From: Saprolegnia diclina VS20
Taxonomy: Eukaryota
DNA: 64,000 bases
Assembly: GCF_000281045.1 (NCBI RefSeq)
Contig: NW_008246096.1
Coordinates: 526,497-590,496 of the forward strand
Reading direction: 5' to 3'
Part shown: in pieces, positions 58,927 through 64,000 of the stretch
Position numbering within the stretch: position 1 is the first letter of the stretch
How the letters are laid out: each line of letters starts with the position of its first letter
The notes under the pieces: model-generated
The model's input: the letters and a program-made list of their open reading frames with translations, nothing else
Told to the model about the DNA's origin: nothing
The model's database searches: none
Position numbers and translations under genes: made by a program

Positions 58927-58943
58927 GTAAATCTGAAAATGAG
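58927..58943 (-). promoter_or_regulatory. Oomycete INR+FPR core promoter
   Basis: Minus strand CTCATTTTCAGATTTAC, 7 nt before ATG 58919. Confidence 0.6.
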
Positions 58944-60140
58944 GAGGCAATTATTGGCTGGAATCCAGCGAAGAACCGAGTTGGGTTTGGTCGCCAATTT
59001 GTTGAGTTCGACGGCTGCTGCTGCTGCCTTCATTGATGTGGGTGCGTGTCCGGTGGTGTAACATGTTCAAGATGACTCGTGTAGCCAGGAACCACTGGTG
59101 TATCCACTCTGCAGTACGAACTAATCCGCGATGCAAACAGGCGTACAACGTATACACACGATATGGCACCACGACCAGCTGGGTCCGTTCTGAAACGGGC
59201 CACCTTCTTTCTCGCTACTGTCTTTAGATACAAGAATATATTATCTTCTTGAGACGCTATTGATACAAAAAGGTCAATTGGAGACAGTAACGAGAATAGT
59301 TTTGGCTTGGTTTGTCAACTTGGTCGAAATCAGCTATCACGTTTCAATCAGTCGCGGACCGGACGTTCTGGCAATCCTCGGTCGTTGACGCCCGAATCAT
59401 CGTAGCGGAACATGGGACTGCTCAAGACACTAGAAGGTGTGCAATGGAAGGTGCTATCCAGTCGGCATCGAACTCTCTTTTATGTTGACTTGGTGGAATC
59501 TCGGATATGCGTCGAGTTACACCCATTGTATCCTATCATGCACATGTCAGCCCTGCGTTGGACATGCCGGCCTCCTGCAGCGGTGCGCGACGTGCGATTG
59601 GCGGCAGCAGCCATGAGTCCAGTAGCGTTCTGCCACTTTGTTTACCGACACAGATGCCCGCGCGTGAGACCACCCATCCATCGTTGTCGTTTGCAAACCT
59701 ACGGGAGAGACCGCGCGCACCTGCTGTTGCCGCAGGCGCTTCCTCGACGCCGCCTGCCTTCGCTCTAGCAGCCACGAATCAAACTCGTGTCGACTTGGAT
59801 GTGTGACGACGACCACCGCTTGAGATAGCAACCAAAGTGGTCAGCAGTCCCATTGTTCCGAGTCGCCAGTACTCGGAATCATGCAGGGGTGGGTGCATGC
59901 AAAAACCGCGTCGCAGGCACGAAGAAAGGAAGCTGTCAACTGCCCTCCTTGCAGCCATGATACGCGGCCGCGCGTGCCAGCCGCTCGTGACACGCAACAA
60001 GAGGTGGATCGTCATATGCGCCTCGATCTGCAAGTGAGTCATCTTCTATGCTAGACGCTTAGCTAAACAAAGAAGCTACGTTCTTTTGCGTGGTCTCCTC
60101 TACGATGGCACTATCTAGGTAACGCGTAAGCGTGTTTCCA

Positions 60141-60978
60141 CTAGTCGCTGGGAGCCAGGCCTTCGATGAGTTCTTCAAAGTCCCGCAGAAACCAGTCGGC
60201 GCGCTCTTGCACCACTTGGCGGGCAACGACACCCCCATAGCCAACAAAGAGATCAGCGGGTGGCTTGGCTTGCATGTCAGTGGCACCGTCACCCACCATC
60301 ACGACCGTCTTGTAGCCGCGCTCGCGCTTGAGCCTACAGAGGCGTCAGAAGTCGTAGGTTGCATAGGAGGCTTTGTACAGCTCGATGACTCGGGGCTTGC
60401 CACCGTCGCGGCTCGTGAGCTCGTTTGCATCAAAGCCCTTGTAGCTGCCATCGGCATGGAAGTGAATCGTGTTGGCGTAAATGCGGCTGGGCGGAATCCC
60501 GAGATGGGCGGCGACGGGCTCGATCATGAGCCGAAACCCGCCAGAGACGAGGTAGACGTCGATGCTGCGCGCTTGAAGCTCCTGAATCAATCGCTGGATG
60601 CCCTTGGTGAGGTACTTCGTGGGCGGATGGGCAGCCAAGCACGCATCGATCGCGGCCTTGGAGGGCTGGATAATGTTGAGCCGCGCCGCAAGGGCGTCCT
60701 CAAACTTGACGCCGCCGTTCATGGCCTTGGAGGTCCAAGCAGATACAGCGTCACCCTGGCCGCAGTGCGCAGCCAGCACGTCGATGCCCTCGTCCTGGAT
60801 CACGGTACTGTCGACGTCAAAGCACACGGCCTCGGCGCGACGCCAGATCTCGAGGTTTGCCGGCGAGCTAAACGAGCGCTACCAATAAGATATAAGATCT
60901 CACATGAACGCATGTTGCCTCCACTCGACGTACGCAGGCGATGGGCGCAAGGCGAAGACCACGGCGAAGCGCAAGCAT
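60141..60978 (-). CDS. PSPH: Phosphoserine phosphatase (HAD family) with mitochondrial-type presequence; 3 exons
   Basis: CFDVDSTV, LVSGGF, IYAN, GGK, VMVGDGATD, ADWF. Spliced N-terminus MLALRRGLRLAPIAC|RSFSS. Confidence 0.93.
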
Positions 60979-61432
60979 GATGGCCCAGTGATTCTGTGTG
61001 CTCGAGCCGATTGCGCAACAAGATGTGCTCCAAATACAAAAACAACACTATTATCATTTTTTTAGATTATAGTGTAGGGTATCACAGATACTCGGTAAAT
61101 AGTATGCTCTAGCAGTGGCCGCTGCGATAGGGTGTCTACGACTGCAGCGATGGACGTAGGAAGTTGATGCGCTCGGATGCTACGTTTTTCGACTTGCTAA
61201 CTACCATTGGAGCGCACGTAATCCCTGTGTACACTCTTCAGTGGTACCGGCTACGCGTCCAATGCCAACCCAACATCTCTCTCCGAGAAACATACACTAT
61301 TCAAGAATGCTGTGGTTTCGCGACTCGGTCACTTGTGATTGGTTCGCTGGTTGAAAAGGCCACCCGTGGGACATGATTTTGACCAATGAGGCGGGCGCCC
61401 GAGGTGCATCCGTGGGATCCACGCTCGCCGAC

Positions 61433-61450
61433 CTCACTTCGTAATTTTGC
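61433..61450 (+). promoter_or_regulatory. Oomycete INR+FPR core promoter (M1 aminopeptidase)
   Basis: CTCACTTCGTAATTTTGC, 17 nt before the ATG. CCAAT boxes lie further upstream. Confidence 0.6.
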
Positions 61451-61467
61451 CACGGACCAGCTGAGCC

Positions 61468-64000
61468 ATGCCCCACGAGTTTGCCCGCCTCCCGACCATC
61501 GTCCGGCCCACCAAGGTACGCCTCATGCAGCGCCGCATGGAAGGTTGACGCCCTGTATGTGCGTAGTACACGCTTGCGTACGACGTCGTGGACCTCGACC
61601 GCTACCGCTTCGAAGGTCGCGAGACCATCGATGTCGAGGTGAACGAGGCGACTAACACGATCACGTCCCATGCAATTGAGCTCTGGGTGCACTCGGTCAA
61701 GGTGCGTCAAGGCGACAAGACCATTGCTTGCGACGAGGTCCGCTTCATCGAGGAAGACCAAACCGTGACCTTTGTCTTGGCCGAGACCTTGGCGCCCGGG
61801 CCTGCCCAGATCGAGCTCGGCTTCCATGGCATTCTCAACGATGAACTCCGTGGTTTCTACCGCGCAGGCTACGAGCAAAACGGCGAGAAGCGCATCATGG
61901 CGACGTCCCAGGTACGCACATGATGCTGTCGTACGTACCCTCATGCATCTCTTCCTCGTAGTTTCAAGCCTGCGACGCACGCCGAGCGTTTGTGTGCTGG
62001 GACGAGCCCGCGATCAAGGCGTCGTTCGAGATCTCGATGGCGACGCCTGTGCACCTCACGGCCATCTCCAACATGCACGTGCTCTCGACCGCGATCCGCC
62101 CGTCCCCGTACATCCACAACGCGACGGAGAAGGTGTGGCAGTTTGCCGAGACGCCCATCATGTCGACATACTTGGTACGTGCATTCGAATATACGTCGAT
62201 TACCACCAACGGTTGTCGATCGTAGGTTGCGCTCGTTGTCGGCGAGTTTGACAGTCTCTCGGCCTACTCGCGCGAAGGCGTCCTTGTCAACGTGTACACG
62301 CCCGTGGGGAAGAGCAACCAAGGCGAATTTGCTCTCTCGGGTACGCTTCATGACCTCTTGTAATGTGGTCTCTTATTCTTATCCTGATATAGTCGCGACC
62401 GAGTCGCTTTCGTTCTTCACGAAGACTTTTGGCCTCGAGTACCCTCTCAAGAAGCTCGACATGCTTGCGATCCCCGACTTTGCAGCTGGCGCCATGGAGA
62501 ACTGGGGCTGCGTCACGTATCGCGAAGAGGCGCTTTTGATTGAACCCAGTACGCGCGCACGTACACCAAAGGACGTGATTGATGAATATTCTTGCTGTAG
62601 GCCAGAGCAGCCAAGACAGCAAGTCGCGGGTCGCACTCACGGTCGCGCATGAGCTCGCGCACCAGTGGTTCGGGAACCTCGTGACGATGGAGTGGTGGAC
62701 TGGCCTTTGGCTGAACGAAGGCTTTGCGCACTTTATGGAGTACGAGGCCGTGAACGCGATCTTCCCCGAGTGGAAGATGTGGGAAAACTTCATCCAGGAA
62801 GTCACGCTCGGCGCAGCGTTCCGCGAAGACGCCTTGCTGAGGTAGACTCATGTGCTTCGATACATGACACACTCAGCGTCTTCTTAGCTCGCACATGATC
62901 GAGGTCGAAGTCAACCACCCGGACGAAGCCGACGAAATTTTCGACGCGATTTCGTATTGCAAGGGTACGCATTGCTGGCAACCACTTTTCTCATGCCCAC
63001 TCTGCGCAGGCGCGAGCATCATTCGCATGCTCTGCGAGTATCTCGGTCAAGATGTCTTTTACAAGGGCATCCAGGCCTACTTGAAGCAGTAGGCTCGTCT
63101 GACAGGACCGATCGGATGGTATACTTTGGACGGTGATTAGGTTTAGCTACCAGAACGCAGTGACGTTTGACCTCTGGCACGCGCTCGAAGAAGCTTCGGG
63201 GCTTCCGCTCGCGACGATGATGAACACGTGGACCAAGCAGACCGGGTACCCCGTCGTGACGCTCACGTGTGGCGAGGTAGGTGTCGCTTTCGTCTCGTTC
63301 CAGTATAAATGGTGCCCGATGATAGGAGCTCACCGTGAAGCAAACGCGCTTCTTCTCCAACCCGTCGACGCAGGACGACGGCGACAGCCGCTGGGACATT
63401 CCGCTGACGGTTGTCTACGACGAAGCCGAGAGTGCCACCGTCCACCGTGTTGGTATTTGGTCGGCGGGCGATGCGCCGCGCGACGAGGCCGGTGAAATTG
63501 CCGCGGCCAGCGACCTCTTGGCCAACGACGAGCTAAAGCGTGCGTCGTGGGTCAAGCTGAACGCGCATTCCCAGGGCTTCTACGTCGACAACTACTGTTC
63601 CGAGGGGTGGCGCCGCCTCCAGGCGCCGTGCCAGCGTATGCCAAGAGTTCCAATTCCTTTTGTGGTTGACACGCATCGTAGAGCTCGTGCTCGGTGATGT
63701 CGAGCGCATGTGCTTGCTCAACAACGTGTTTACGCTCACGCGAGCCGGCCGTGTCGCTCTCAGCGATGCGATGGCATTTGCCCGCGCGTTCGCGGCCGAC
63801 CCGAGCTACCTCGCATGGAAGACGCTCTCGGGCCACCTCGGCTTTTACGCCAAGCTCTTTGCGGACGAAGCATTCTTTCCGGCTCTCCAAAGCTACATTG
63901 CTGGTCTCTTTCAGCAGCCGATGGGCCATTTGACATGGACGTCGCTGCCGTCGGACGACGACAACTCGGCGTACTTCCGCAAGGCCGTCATCTCGATGCT
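61468..64000 (+). CDS. M1 family (puromycin-sensitive-like) aminopeptidase; multi-exon, 3'-partial
   Basis: [70 protein letters not shown]. Confidence 0.95.

Noticed and set aside
59412..60042. Short ORFs on both strands downstream of PSPH
   Set aside because: No coding bias or motifs; probably upstream regulatory DNA of the 58919 gene.

Overview
Gene-dense, GC-rich eukaryotic genomic DNA with short (about 40-75 nt) GT-AG introns and oomycete-style INR/FPR and CCAAT promoter elements. It is probably an oomycete, possibly Saprolegniales (inference from gene content and style only). About 29 protein-coding genes: RRP9 (3' end), a histidine phosphatase, HMG-CoA lyase, a CNNM/DUF21 protein, riboflavin synthase, AP-4 beta, a P4-ATPase, an FKBP, a DUF2439 protein, OTC, SEM1, MRPS21, an outer-arm dynein heavy chain, an ankyrin protein, a MEA1-like protein, an RSL1D1-like protein, MVD, DLST, a bZIP, Tubby, a kinesin, phosphoserine phosphatase, an M1 aminopeptidase (3'-truncated) and several hypotheticals. 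There is one assembly gap (53701-54262). I recognised no RNA genes, CRISPR arrays or autonomous transposons. Most notable: (1) a palindromic TATCCGGATA-like element just upstream of about 10 unrelated genes; (2) an intact, mitochondrial-looking gene encoding only two lipoyl domains, in tandem with DLST; (3) a mitochondrial-looking stand-alone Ffh/SRP54 M-domain protein; (4) unusual architectures: P4-ATPase + DysF, SlyD-type + FKBP12-type isomerase, ankyrin + kinesin, and riboflavin synthase with a C-terminal hydrophobic tail. All family calls come from motif recognition by eye, and exon boundaries were inferred manually.
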